Shown here: one piece after another, positions 49,401-62,904 of the stretch
Layout of the letters: each line of letters opens with the position of its first letter
Numbering within the stretch: the stretch's first letter is position 1
Program-made: the position numbers and the translations under genes
The notes under the pieces: generated by a model
The model's input: the letters and a program-made list of their open reading frames with translations, nothing else
Told to the model about the DNA's origin: nothing
Database searches by the model: none
Assembly: GCA_046563655.1 (NCBI GenBank)
Contig: CM102289.1
Coordinates: forward strand, 2,108,001-2,172,000
Reading direction: 5' to 3'
Origin: Yuukianura sp. NJ FZ-2021
Taxonomy: Eukaryota
DNA: 64,000 nt

Positions 49401-51132
49401 CTCAGGCGCTCTTTGATACGTGGGAGGTGAGTGGATATTCAAAGTGTGAAATATTTTCGAAATTTCAGAATTTTTAGAAAAGATTTTCTTCAGATTCCGT
49501 TTCAAGGCTTGGGTGTATTTGTGGTCGTTGGTTTGATGAGTCCGATTTTAATCGTTCCCGCCTTGTTTCTGCTTGTATTGTTCCAACAAGTGAGGAAATT
49601 CTACTTGAAAACTGCGAGGAGCCTTAAGCGACTTGAGAGCACAAGTAAAGTCAGAACGTATTTTTTTATTTCAATATTTTGAAAACTAATTTTGAAAATT
49701 TCGAAAACTAAAATTTTGATCTATTTTTTGAAATTTCTAGCGAGAAGTCCTGTGTTTACGCATTTGAGTGCGTCTTTCCAAGGCCTGGCGACCATTAGAG
49801 CTCTGGAGGTTCAGCAAAACTTTTGTCGTGACTTTGATCAGTTGCAGGATGAACATTCTGGATGCTGGTATTTGTTTCTGGCCACTTCACGGTGGGTTGC
49901 AGTCTCACTCGACTGGGTAGCCGTCTTGTACATTGCAATTGTAACATTGTCATTCATGTGGTCTGATTTGGGTATGAAAATAGTGGCGCCAAAGTTTCAA
50001 AAAAAAATTTATTATATTGCTGACTTCTTTTGTTGTGGTGCAGATGGATCCCAAGTTGGACTGGCGGTGACTTCTGCCCTTACGCTGACAGGTCTGCCGC
50101 GCGAAGATTTTGAAAGCGCGCCAATTTTTTTTTTTTTACAAATGTTACTTTTTACTTATGTCATGTTATAATTTCTTCTACCGTTTTGTAGGTATGTTTC
50201 AGTGGGGTGTACGGCAATCTACAGAAGCCGAAAATCACATGGTAATTTTTGTTTTCTAGATTTTTTTTAGTACAAATTGTAAATTCATAATGCTCAAAAT
50301 TTTTGCAACATTACAGGTTTCTGTGGAACGAGTTTTTGAATATGCGAATTTGGAACCAGAGCCACCGTTGAAGTCATCTCCCGGTGAGCTTCAGTTTACA
50401 TTTTTTGGAATTTTCTGGAACTTGTAGGAAAAGAAAAGAACTTGGAATATTTTTTTTGTAGAAAATATGCCACCGAGTGATTGGCCTCAGAAGGGTGAAA
50501 TTCAATTTGATCATTTGTTTCTACGCTATGGATCGGATGATCCTGTTCTCAAAGACATTACACTCACCATTAAACCCAAAGAAAAAGTAAAGTCAAAAAC
50601 TACTTTTTTTTTAATTTATTGAAATTTTGGAATGTTAAAATATTTTGTTATTTCCAGATCGGAATTGTGGGAAGAACTGGAGCGGGAAAGTCGTCCATCA
50701 TTTCCGTGTTGTTTCGCATGGTTGACCCCTGCGGTGGGACTGTGGTGGTGGACGAAGTGAACATTTTGTGTCTGGGTCTCCATGACCTGCGCTCCCGCAT
50801 CTCCATCATTCCACAAGAACCTGTGCTGTTCACAGGGTCCCTTCGACGCAACCTTGACCCCTTCTCTAGATTCGGTGACCTTGACCTCTGGAATGTGCTG
50901 GACGATGTGCATCTGAAGGAGGCTGTCCAGGAACAGCCTCTGGGTCTCCAGTCTCCTGTGTCCGAAGGTGGCTCCAACTGGAGTGTGGGCCAGAGACAAT
51001 TGATTTGTCTCGCCAGAGCCATTCTCACAAACAACAGAATCTTGATTCTGGATGAAGCCACGGCAAATGTTGACCATGCGTAAGTTTCTCCATAAAAACA
51101 TTCAATTATGCTAATATAAAACTACATATTAA

Positions 51133-51312
<180 letters not shown>

Positions 51313-52959
51313 TAACTTGCATGAGCAAATTTGTTACTAAAATTTTATTAATGCTTTTAACGTTTTTGAAAATTTCCAAAAGGAATTTGATCATCCATGG
51401 ACGTTACTTCAGAATCGCGAGGGAGCTCTGTCACAGCTAGTTCAACAAACAGGAACAGCGTCAGCAGAAGCTCTTGCACAAGTAGCCAAACAGGTACTAT
51501 GCGTGTGGAACAACTTTTTAAAACATTTTAGGTTAACAAAGTAAAAAAAAAAGTATAAAATATATGTTTTTTACAGGCTTACGAGAATATGACTCGGCTT
51601 TAGAATAATAGATCAAAGGTCTCCAGTTGAAGATTCCACTAATTTTTGTTACGATAGTTCCTAGTTTGCTAAAAATGTAGTTTTCAAATTAAAAGTTAAA
51701 CACGATTCAAGGCTTAAGATGCGGTATACCACATCCTAAACATACTATGTAATAGCACCAACCATTGAACACTCTTTATTTTGCAAAGCTCCAAATTTAT
51801 ATTCAATAGAATGTAAAGTTTATGGTTTTTGTTCAGTTCATTATTTTTCGATGAAATTTTACATTTTTCCAAAATCGGTAATCAGCTTTCATAGTCCCCT
51901 GGAAGCTGAAGTACAGTTCTAAACAAACTTATCAGTTACAAACTCAGCCATTAGAATAGTAAGACTAGTGTAAATTAGTGTTTTATTATAAAGCTTGATT
52001 AGGAGAATTTTAAAGTTACCATTGTCGGAATATATTCCAAGTGTACGCCGTACTCATTTAGTATTCCAGCAAATACTGAGAACCCTGAGGAAGAAATGTG
52101 TTGTTACAACGTACAAAAAAAGCTTTACATTCAAAAAAATAGCGCTAACCGCCACTTGAAAAGTTCAAAAATATGTTGTGGACAATGCCGAGATGTGCGT
52201 TTAACACTCGATAGGTTCCTGTTTCTTTTTGTGCTAGATGAAATACAGTGGCTTGCTGGCCAGGGTCAAGCCCACCCTTAAAAAAGACAAGTGTCCTTTC
52301 TTTTTGTGCTAAGCAAATAAAAAAAAAACCAGTAAGCTTTATTAAAATAAATATGCAAAGGGGATGAAAACTTTTGTCAAAGTGGCGAAATCTTACCCAG
52401 CGTACTACCCGGAATTGTAAATGTCAACCGTACTTTTCGTTGAGCGCTGTTTCCATCACAACTCCAGTTAACCCCTGGGACCGATGTCCTTACGTCACCA
52501 GTTATGAAGGGATACTTAGAAGTAATCGTAAGCGGAAATTCGCTCGTATAAATCCGTTTGTATCCGGCCATGTTGAATTTCAAGTTGTCTCAAAATGCTT
52601 ACTTTTCAAAAACAAAGACGTATTAACTGCTATTGACAAAATAAAATGCGCCTATTGTTGTCTCCTGGTCACGATTCTTACAACTGAATTTTAAACATTT
52701 GTAACGGTCTGTAGCAAACGCAGCTCAATGGTACAGCCAAAAATAGATTGGTAACACAATAGTGTTACCAATCTAACCGACAAGACAAGTAAAAGGAAAT
52801 TTTGAAGAACGGAGCCCTGCAAGGACAGGATTGTTAAACTAAGAACCCATTGCTTCTATTACTATGATCTTTCTTATGAAAGTAATCCAGCGTACGATAA
52901 ATTAAAAAAAAGCGGTAAAAACAAAAAATCAGTTTCAAGTCTACAGAAATAATCTACTA

Positions 52960-53172
52960 TACTTTGTCTGTGTTTAGAAGGCACTTTTATTTTCGTCGTT
53001 TTTTTCGCTTCCATTGCGATGTTTATGGCAAAACTGAGTTTTTCAAAAACACTTTCTTCATTCAGATTGTATACAATATTGCATAAAATTGATAATTTCT
53101 ATGTTAACGGTTCATATGGGGACTGAAATTTTTTCAAGTTTGAAAAGTGCCTTCTAAAAATAGACAAACTGC
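52960..53172. mobile_element. Degenerate MITE-like inverted repeat
   Basis: TTTGTCTGTGTTTAGAAGGCACTTTT versus AAAAGTGCCTTCTAAAAATAGACAAA. Confidence 0.5.
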
Positions 53173-53336
53173 TATATCTACATTATAGCAGGTAACTGAC
53201 GACATAATTGCTTGGAAAACGAAAAACACGTCCATTCAAATTATTTAGATGTTCATTAAAAGTCAGTTCCACCAAGCAACACTTGACTTGACATAAATTA
53301 TTTAACCTTGACGTTGAAATAATACTACATCAAAGG

Positions 53337-55988
53337 TTAGTTTATGACGATGGTAGACCTACGGAAAACGACTTTTTCAACGAACATGAATGTAACGCTA
53401 AGGAAGTGTGCTACGACTAGTAGCATAATCCCTGTAAATACATCATTTATGTCAAGTGCATGCCCCGTACTCTCCACTTGGGTCATGCATCTGCGCACAT
53501 AGAAAAACTGGGTACGAAGCCTCCACAATACTCCACGCTCCCGCATCACAATGAAACTGAAATGAACATACGCATTTTCATTTGTCAAAAATTGGTTTCA
53601 AATCTTCAGTATTTTTTTAACCTTGTCTAAAACTTACATCCTGCGTAGAAATTCTTTCAGGGGATACGTCTTGGCCGTAAACATGCCAAATTGAAGCCGT
53701 TCCGTCAAAACCGGCAATTCCGTAATTTTACAAATGTCCTGCTCAGACAACTTCCCTCTGAACGACTCGTACATGCGTACATGAGAACTCACGTAAGCGT
53801 AGGGTTTGGATAGCATCAGTTGTAATGCTTTTGTTCCAGTGACATATCCTTCGCCTTCTGTCGTTGAGAGGCGGTTGATGATGGCTGCGTAGTAGTCAGT
53901 GTCGCTTGTCTAAATGAGTTAAAACAACCAGGAACTAAATAAAACATAAGTAAAAACATATAAAATATATAATATCTATAATTAAATTATTGCCTTAAAA
54001 ATCCAATCTTTGCGAGAGTAGTCCTCTCGAACGCCGATTGGTAGACCGCTATGCAAGAGAGCTTCGGGTGTTGTGATTGTATCACTGGTAGTAGACAGAG
54101 AAGATACAATGGCTGCCGAGTAGCCAGCATACAAAATGACGTTCATGAAAGAAGCACAAATCAGGATTGTGCGCAACGAAATTGCAACGGGATGTTCCTC
54201 CCACCCTGCAAAGGTCAAATATGACTTTGTACAAGTTACAAAAAAATAAGTATATTTTTAAATTACAAATCAATTTTTTTTCTTGCCAAAATCTATCATA
54301 TTACAAAATGAATCCTGCGCATACCTTGCTGAACTGCTGTTGCCAGTATCATGATAAACGAATCTCCAGTGTGATCCGGCTCATAATCGTCACTTGACCT
54401 GGAGTCGATGACCTTTGACCTGGATGCGGTGACACAGTACTTTTGGCGTACAATTGAAACGAGAACCATGGATGTGGCCAAGAAGAGCCAAGTGAAGACA
54501 GTGACTGTCCACAGTGGCCATCCGAACGGTCCAACGAAAATGTCCCGAATATGATGCGTCTCCGGCTGGAGAAAGAAGGCCGAAATGCTGCATAATTTAT
54601 TAGGTAGGATGCAATTACAAAAATATTTTCTCAATATAATTAAATATAATATTTTAAATATAATTTAAATTTATTAATCGTTTGTACCCATCTTCTCCGA
54701 GTGGCGGCAGATACGCTATTTGTCTTGATTTGGATTTCAGCATAGTTCCAACGTTTAGCCCAACATGCGACCGCCCACTTCCAACTTCGTCTACAATTCC
54801 CGCCCAAGAGCCATCCGATCTCTGACTTTCTTTAACAAACGACTTCACAAATCTCACTCTAAAAGCATACCGTTTTGTATATTCCGCAATTCAAATGGAA
54901 AATTCAAAAAAAAAGATTGCGGAGGTTTGTGTCTTACGAGAAGTTCCATTGCTGTTCCACTGTCGCAAAAAGATCCAACATGTAGTATTCAATTTGGTTT
55001 GGTTTTTCAAAAGCTTCTTCCGCTGTGATATTTTCTTGTGCCTAAAAAACCGCAGTTCAAATCTCTGGAAATGAGCTACATCAGATTTTTTTGTGAAAAC
55101 AAAATATGTGAAAACGGTGTCTACAAAAAAATTCTAGCTAGTTTTTAGAGAAATTTACTCTGGCGTCCTGAACTTGGAGTAATGTTTGAAAAGCGTTTAG
55201 TTGATGCGTGGGTGTAGTACAAATGCCGCAGGTCATGACCTCCAGTTGACCTTTTTCATTCATCTTTTTAAAAACTATTATGGTGTTCAACGCGTACAAA
55301 TGGTAAACAGATTGTAAATTTTTTCCGCTTTCAAAAATCAAAACAAGTTTTGAATTCATTTCAAATGGCTGAATCAAATTTTGAAAATCCAGCGAAGTCA
55401 TCACAGAAGCGGCGGCATTGTCGTCTTGGACTGGCTGTGGCCATAAGACAACCGCGGATTCATCGTGAGACAAATTTCCAATCTAGAACAAAACAAATCG
55501 CTAAAAATTTTAGTAGTTTTAAAAATTTTTTAGTGAAAATGTTTATTTTTAGTTTATTAGTTTCAACATTAGCTTACTAGTTCAATTGCTCTCAATGTGT
55601 CCGCGACTTCTGACATTGCAACAATCCACGTGACGTCTAGTTGAGGACCAATCAGCTTTGACCGCAATGAGTCAAGTGTTTCAACATGAGCCATGTTGTG
55701 TCTCTTACGACAAACGACTAAGTTTGCAGCTAAAATTTCATTTAAAATTTTGTTTACAGAGAGTACAAAACAATTTTGAAACCATAAAAGTTGATTTTTT
55801 GAAAAGTTAATTTGGCACTTATTTTAGAAGAATTTCAGTTGACCTGTTAATTTGAGATCCGAAATGATAATGACATCTGTATGTGGAAGTATTTCGAGTT
55901 TAAATTTTGGGAGAAGACAAGCGCCAATTTTCAAAATGTAAAAACAATTAAAAGCAGCGATCCAACACAGCAGACGATGTAGCTCCAT
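53337..55988 (-). CDS. Ionotropic chemoreceptor (IR, IR75/IR64a-like), copy 1
   Basis: DGSWAGIVDEVGSGRSHVG (S1), FVGPFGWPLW (M1), ATAVQQG (M2), YAGYSAAIVSSLS (M3), ICKITEL, MRERGV, LDINDVFTGIMLL (M4). Confidence 0.85.
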
Positions 55989-56446
55989 TTTTGACAAATT
56001 TCGAAATTCTACCAAAAACCGAGGCTGAGGAGCCTCAGAAGACTTTAATGTTCTGATAAAATCGTTTTTTCCAAAACGTTATAAAAATTTAACGAGAGAC
56101 ATTTTGTTTGTTTAGATTTCTGCACTTTACTTGATTTACTATCATAACCATCTCACAGTGAAGTACACGAACGGGTTTTGAATAATTGAACAATGCAAAA
56201 TCCTCCTATAAGCTAACATGTTCTAGGTTCATTTAGTATGTCGCAGTTTGCAGGTTCCAAAGTTGTGTGGTCGTTAAAATTATATTTGAGTAGAAAAAAC
56301 TTAATAAAGGGAAAGTAAATAAAATTTGAACGGTTGGGATAAATCCTCGTTGCTGATTATGTGTAATTGCTTGGAAAAGTCGGATCCACTGTGCAAATTT
56401 TTACTTGACATGAGTTTAACCTTGCCTTGGAAATAGTAACATTAAA

Positions 56447-59368
56447 TTAGTTTATGAAGATGTTTGACCTGCGGTAAATTGCTTTTTCAAGGAACAAGAA
56501 TGTTAGGCTAAGTATATGTGTTACGACCAACAGCATAACTGCTGTGAAAACGTCATTTGTATCAAGAGCATGCCCGGTACTCTCAACGTTGGTCATGCAT
56601 CTGCGTACATCAAAAAACTGGTTTCGCAATCTCCACAATATTCCACGCTCACGCAACAGAATGAAACTGGAAAATATAAATGAATGGTTTTTAATCCTAT
56701 ATGGTACTCTCGAATCTTGTCGGCAAGGTTTGATAAACAAAGAAATACTTTTTCTTTAACAGGTTTGGCAATAACTCGAGTTGAGAATTTTTGTTTAAGC
56801 AAAATTTGCAGAAATGTACCCAAGCTAATTCTCTATTGTTATGGAATTTAAATTGACAAAAGGTCCAGCAGTTCAAAATTCAAAAAATCTGTCAGGTGAA
56901 ACTTTTTCTTTCACTCCTAAACAAAATTGTTTCAAAACTTTTTTTTAGAATTTTTTTAAAACTCGATTTATCACCTGACCTGTTAAAAAAAGATTTATGT
57001 TGTCAAGACACCTTGTTTGAATAAAACTTACATTCTGCGTAGAAATTCTTTCAGGGGATACGTCTTAGCCGTAAACATTCCAAACTGAAGCCGTGACGTT
57101 AAAACCGGCAATTCCGTAATTTTGCAAATGTCTTCAGCAGACAATTTTCCTTTGAACGACTCGTACATGCGCACATGAGAACTCACGTAAGCGTAGGGTT
57201 TGGATAGCATCAGTTGCAATGCTTTCGTTCCAGTAACATATCCTTCGCCTTCTTTCGTTGAGAGGCGGTTGATGATGGCTGCGTAGTAGTCAGTGTCACT
57301 TGCCTAAGTTGGTTAAGAACCATATAAAATATAACATATAGCAAAACATAAAACATAATATATAATTGCATTATTGCCTTAAAAATCCAATCTTTACGAG
57401 AGTAGTCTACTCGGACGCCAAATGATAGGCCACTATTCAACAGAGCTTCTGGTGTTGTGATTGTATCACTGGTAGTAGACAGAGAGGACACAATGGCTGC
57501 AGAGTAGCCAGCGTACAAAATGACGTTCATGAAAGAAGCACAAATCAGGATTGTACGCAAGGAAACTGCAACAGGGTGTTCCTGCCATCCTGCACGTTAG
57601 AAAGGAACAAATTTTTTGAAATTACAAAATATTTCTTTGTGCCAAAGCTATTACGTTACAAAATGAATCCTGTATTGTACCTTGCTGAACGGCTGTTGCC
57701 AGTATCATGATAAACGAATCTCCAGTATGATCTGGTTCATCATCGTCGCTTGACCTGGGGTCGATGACCTTTGACCTGGATGCGGTGACACAGAACTTTT
57801 GGCGCACAATTGAAACGAGAACCATGGATGTGGCCATGAAGAGCAATGTAAAAACAGTGACCGTCCACATTGGCCACTGGAACGGTCCCACGAAAATGTC
57901 CCGAATATGATGCGACTCCGGCTGGATAAAGAAGGCCGAAATTCTACATGTATAAATTATGATTTATTATATTGCATGGAATTACGGAAAATATTTTTCC
58001 AAAATATAATTCAATAATTTAAGTATAATTTGTTTTAAATTAATCGTTGTACCGGTCATCTCCGAGTGGCGGCAGATATGCAATTTGTGTTGCTTTGGAT
58101 TTGAGCATGGCTCTAACGTTTATCCCCACATGCGACCGCCCCTCGGCAACTTCACTAACAATTCCCGTCCAAGATCCATCTGATCTCTGTGCTTCTTTCA
58201 CCAGTGACCTTACATATCTCACTCTAAAACCAAAAAATTTCGTACTGTATTTCATAACTCAAAATAAAAATTAAAAGTTCAAATTAAAATGACGCGAATT
58301 TCTCGCTTACGTGAAGTTCCAATGCTGTTCCACTGCCATAAAAAAACTAGAAATGTGGAGCTGTATTGGTTTCGGCGTCTCAAATGTTTCTTCAGCTGTG
58401 GCATTTAATTGTTCCTAAAAAAAGAGTCGATGCGAAAGTTTAAACGTCTAGAAATTGGCTACATTGGAATTCATTTTTGAAAAAATAAGTGAAAAACTTC
58501 TTTTCGACTAGTTTTTAACAGAAATTGGAAATGTAACCCTGGCGTCTTGAACTTGAAGTATAGTTCGAAAAGCGTTTAGTTGATGTGTAGGTGTAGTACA
58601 AATGCCGCAGGTCATGACCTCCTGTTGACCTTTTTCATTCATTTTTTTAAACACTATTATGGTGTTCAACGCGTAGAAATGATACACAGATTGTAGATTT
58701 ACTCCGTTTTCAAAAATGAAAACTAGCCTTGAACCCATTTCAAAGGGCTGAATCAAATTTTGAAACTCCAGCGAAGTCATCACAGACGCGGCGGCATTGT
58801 CGTCTTGAACTGGCTGTGGCCATAAGACAACCGCGGATTCATCGTGAGACAAATTTCCAATCTAGAACAAAACAAATTGTTAAAAATTTTAGTAGTTTTG
58901 AAAATTTTTTTAGTGAAAAGTTTATTTTTAGTCTAGTAGTTTCAACATTAACTCACTAGTTCAATTGCTCTCAATGTGCCCGTGACTTCTGACATTGCAA
59001 CTATCCACGTAACGTCTACTTGAGGACCAATCAGCTCTGAATGCAATGAGTCAAGTGTTGCAACATGAGCCATGTTGTGTCTTTTTTGACAAGCGGCTAA
59101 GTTTGCAGCTAAAATTTAATTTCAATTTTTTTTTAACAGAAAGTACAAAACAATTTTGGAAACAAAGAATCGGATTTTTTGAATAGTTAATTTGGAACAT
59201 ATTTTAGAACATGTTCAGTTGACCTGTTAATTTGAGATCTGAAATGATGATGACATCTGTATGTGGAAGTATTTCTAGTTTAAATTTTGGGAGAAGACAA
59301 GCACCAATTTTCAAAATGTAAAAACAATTAAAAACAGCAGTCCAACACAGCAGGCGACGAAGCTCCAT
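56447..59368 (-). CDS. Ionotropic chemoreceptor (IR), tandem paralog, copy 2
   Basis: Same exon structure and motifs as 53337-55988 (DGSWTGIV, ATAVQQG, YAGYSAAIVSSLS, LRERGIL). Confidence 0.85.
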
Positions 59369-60090
59369 TATTGAACAATTTCAAAATTCTACCAAAAGTA
59401 TGGACTGAGGAGCGTCAGACGATTTATTGCTCTGACAAAATCCTTTTCTGCAAATGTTAATAAAAAATTTAACCAAAGACATTTTGTTTGTTCTGATCTT
59501 TGCACTTTATTTGATTTACTATCACAACCATCATGGAGTGGACTACAAGTAGAACAAATTTTTGAATAATTTAATAGTGTCAAATGTTCCTTAAGTTAAA
59601 CTTACATTTTTTATCCACGTTGCAGTACTTTTCGTAAAATCAGGTTGACAATGGTTGTCTTTATATTTATCAGTAAGAAGGAGATTTACACACACAACAT
59701 TTTTTTGGTTCAAAATTTGCTTTTGCCCTTGTTTTGTTGTCTCCAAATTATCGATTCCATACAAAACGGAGAAAAAACGCAATTTGTCATATTAAACCAC
59801 AGCAGTGGGTTGGTCTTCCTGCTGTGTGGTGTCAAAATTATTTGCTACATTTACCGCGCAGATTTAGTACCTTGGTGCTCTAACTCAAAACTGGTCTTTA
59901 AACGTGACAATTTTTATGTGTATTTTGACTTAAACAAAACTCAAGGGCAACTGCAATTCTGCAAGTCTGTATTAGTTTTTAATATTTTTCCGAAAGATGG
60001 AAAATACTTTCACTAGTTTTGTGGAGTTGCAATAAGGTTTACCACGAAATCAAAATGGAAACTTTCAAGCTCATAACATATTTATTCCTT

Positions 60091-61754
60091 CCCACATAGC
60101 CAGCATAATTTGGGAGAGTTTTGGGAAATATAGTATTGTTCGGGGAAATAACTTTTACGGATATTTGAGGACATTTTTAACCGGAGAATGTCCGGGCCAT
60201 TTCCAAGTCTTGGATTATTCGTTATTTTGGGAGAAAATTTGCGAACTAGTATGGGCCACTTGCGATATTTGTCTGGTAAATACTGTTCCGGGTTATATTC
60301 CAAAACTAGTATTTGGCCCAAGTTTGGTGTGAGTACTTCCGGGTGTATTACGGCATGGGAAGTTTGGGCCATTTAAACTACGCCGATATTTTTTGAGTGA
60401 AATCACACTTGTTTGGGCCAAGTGCGGGAATCACCAAAAATTAAAATGCAAAAAAGGATGACGCAACATCCACCTTCCTCGTGCTCACACTCCAAACTTC
60501 TTCCGTTAGAAGCTCATTTCAGTGTTTCTGTAGATTCTTTAGTCTGACAGTCATGGACCGATTATATTCGGTTGTCAGTTTTCCGGTAGACAATTCCGTG
60601 GAAGCAGTTCCATCTAGCTGGTTGTCAGAAGACAGAACCTTTTGCCGGTATCCAACCGGTCCAACTGCTCAGCAATTGATAAAAAAGTGCGCTCTTCCAT
60701 TGGATTCGTGGCCAGTACATCCTTGTATTCAACTAACAGCAGGAAGTAAGTACAACTTTTATACTTTTCAACAGGGTTATATAGATTTAATGTTAAATCT
60801 ATACATTCAGCAGTATCTAATCAGTTGTGGTACTTTTTTTTTTTTAGAAACCAGGAAAGAAGCAGTCCGTTTCGCAAAGCGAGCGCTCGAAACTGATGAC
60901 TTTTAAGTGAACGCTGTGATATCAAAAACGATATTCGTAATTCTGGACTACATACAAGTTCAGAGGCACCAGAACAAGGTGACGAGGTAAGAGAAGGAAA
61001 TATCATAAATGTATTTGTTTAATACCACAATTAACTCCAAAATATTCTATCCTTTGCTGTAAGAATTGTCTAATAACTAAACCCGATTGTATTTACAGAA
61101 ACTTCGCTCACTGGAAACATTGAAGTAACTACCTCTGCATTCATCATTGCAACATGGGCTGAGTTTACCGGATTTGTGGAAGAATTTCGAGGTTTAAAGT
61201 AATTCCAATTACATATATAATACACTATAAGTTAGCGATTTAAAAAATTATCCTTTAAAAAGTTCCGAGTTAGAGATTTTCAAAGTCGTTGGATTTAAAA
61301 AGCTAGGCACAGGTACTTTAAGTATGTTAAACAGAAAATGTGTTATATTGCCTAACCATAAGAACTCAAGAACAAGAGTTAATAGTATCCCATTTAGTAC
61401 ATTATTGCGAAATAAACGTATTTCCATGCAAAATTTTCCTGCGAGTATCAATTATTTCTTTTGATTCATGGCCCAAAACATAAAAATTTAAAGGACCACA
61501 TTCAGAAATATTAAGGGGACCTAAGTCCGGACGAATTTTTTTTCAATATTTGGTCCTCATCTCAAATCCGGATAAGGGCCAGAGATGAGTTGTGAAGTGT
61601 GGCACTGTACTGGACCAACTTCACACATTGTTGGGAGAAGTGTGGGAAGTCCCACTCGGGCCGCACTTGGGATTGAATACAAAACACTTTTATTCCCAAA
61701 CATCTAAAATTTTATTTGGCCCAACAAACTCCCAAAATTCTGTGGCTATGTGGG
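60091..61754. mobile_element. Internally deleted CMC/EnSpm-like DNA transposon
   Basis: CCC..GGG termini with TIR CCCACATAGCCA, 2-bp TT flanks, subterminal TTTGGG/GGCCCA repeats, internal coding remnant. Confidence 0.72.
60553..60906 (+). pseudogene. Remnant of a transposon accessory ORF (DUF4806-protein-like N-terminus)
   Basis: YSVVSFPVDNSVEAVPSSWL..CRYP..P..SW resembles N-termini of accessory proteins of animal EnSpm elements; truncated. Confidence 0.55.
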
Positions 61755-61959
61755 TTGGTTTTGCATTGTGCAATGAGCACACTGCGGGACAACGAACTAG
61801 AAGCCAAGTTTTGCAGTCGAGAGCAGCATTACTGCAAAAGTTTGTATACATCATACTTTCAATAAAAAAAAATTTTCTCAGTCTTTAATGCTTTTTTTCC
61901 TTTGAAAATTTGCTTTTTTTCAGCTTGATTTTTGTTTAACTTTTTCATTTGTTGTGTAG

Positions 61960-62777
61960 GGCCAGAGAATGTGTAAATAGCTCAACCGAAATCAGTCGAT
62001 TTCACAAGGAAACTGGACAGTGTTACAAAGTGTGGTCAACAGGACCTTGTGGAACCCACAGTAACATGATTTTTCTTATGGAAAATACAGAAGAAGGTGA
62101 ATATTACGGGTCATGTCAATGTCAAGACTCGGACAGAGTGACAGCGTATTACCCACCTCACAAAACATGCTATTCGGTTTACGATCAGGTGAGGATGAGC
62201 GATTAAGTGTTCTATCTACGTTTGTTTAAAATGAAATTGCAACAGACTGTTACTCAAATCAAAAAAAAACTTGGAAACAAATTTTATAAAATTGAGTTTC
62301 CGTCCACTCATCTACTAACTTTAAAAACTTTCCACGTGACACTTTTCTTTCTCGTTTAATTCAATGAGGAAAAAAAGGGTCGGTGGGAATGTTTTTAAAG
62401 TTTACATGAGTGGACAGTAACTTAATTAAAATTTAATTTAGGGATATTGCCGTCGCGGGTACATTTTGAGCCCTATGAGCAAAGGTTCGCCTGAAATTGG
62501 ATGCAGGGCAAATTCCTGTTTTCAACCATTTCGCCCAGGACTGATTCGATTTGAAGATCGCTGTGTAAAAATTGGGGCAAGTTGTGACACTGGGGTTAAC
62601 GATGATCATGCTGACGGAATAATACGTGTTGATGAAGATGACGGATCGACGTTGTTTTGTGGAATTCCAGCGTACTCTGGTGGTGCAGGCGCAATTACAG
62701 TAAATTGCCCAAGGGGAAGTTATCGAACCAGAGCACAAACGTGTAAGCGGGTAATTTTTCGTGCCGACAATTGGTAA
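61960..62777 (+). CDS. Cys-rich DUF4789-like protein; first exon not identified
   Basis: CYKVWSTGPCG..YGSCQC..YYPPHKTCYSVYDQ|GYCRRG..; exons about 61960-62188 and 62441-62777. Confidence 0.6.
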
Positions 62778-62904
62778 ATTTCTAAACTGCGGCATAATAA
62801 AAAACAATAAATTTTCGGACCTGCTTAAGTATTTTTTGGCGTATTGCCGAACAATGATTTTTCAAAAGTGACTTCCCATTTTTTTTACGTAACTTAATTC
62901 TGAT

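Noticed and set aside
50616..51101. Long antisense ORFs over ABCC NBD exons and the BEL ORF
   Set aside because: Shadow frames of real coding exons; repeated only because the sense genes are duplicated
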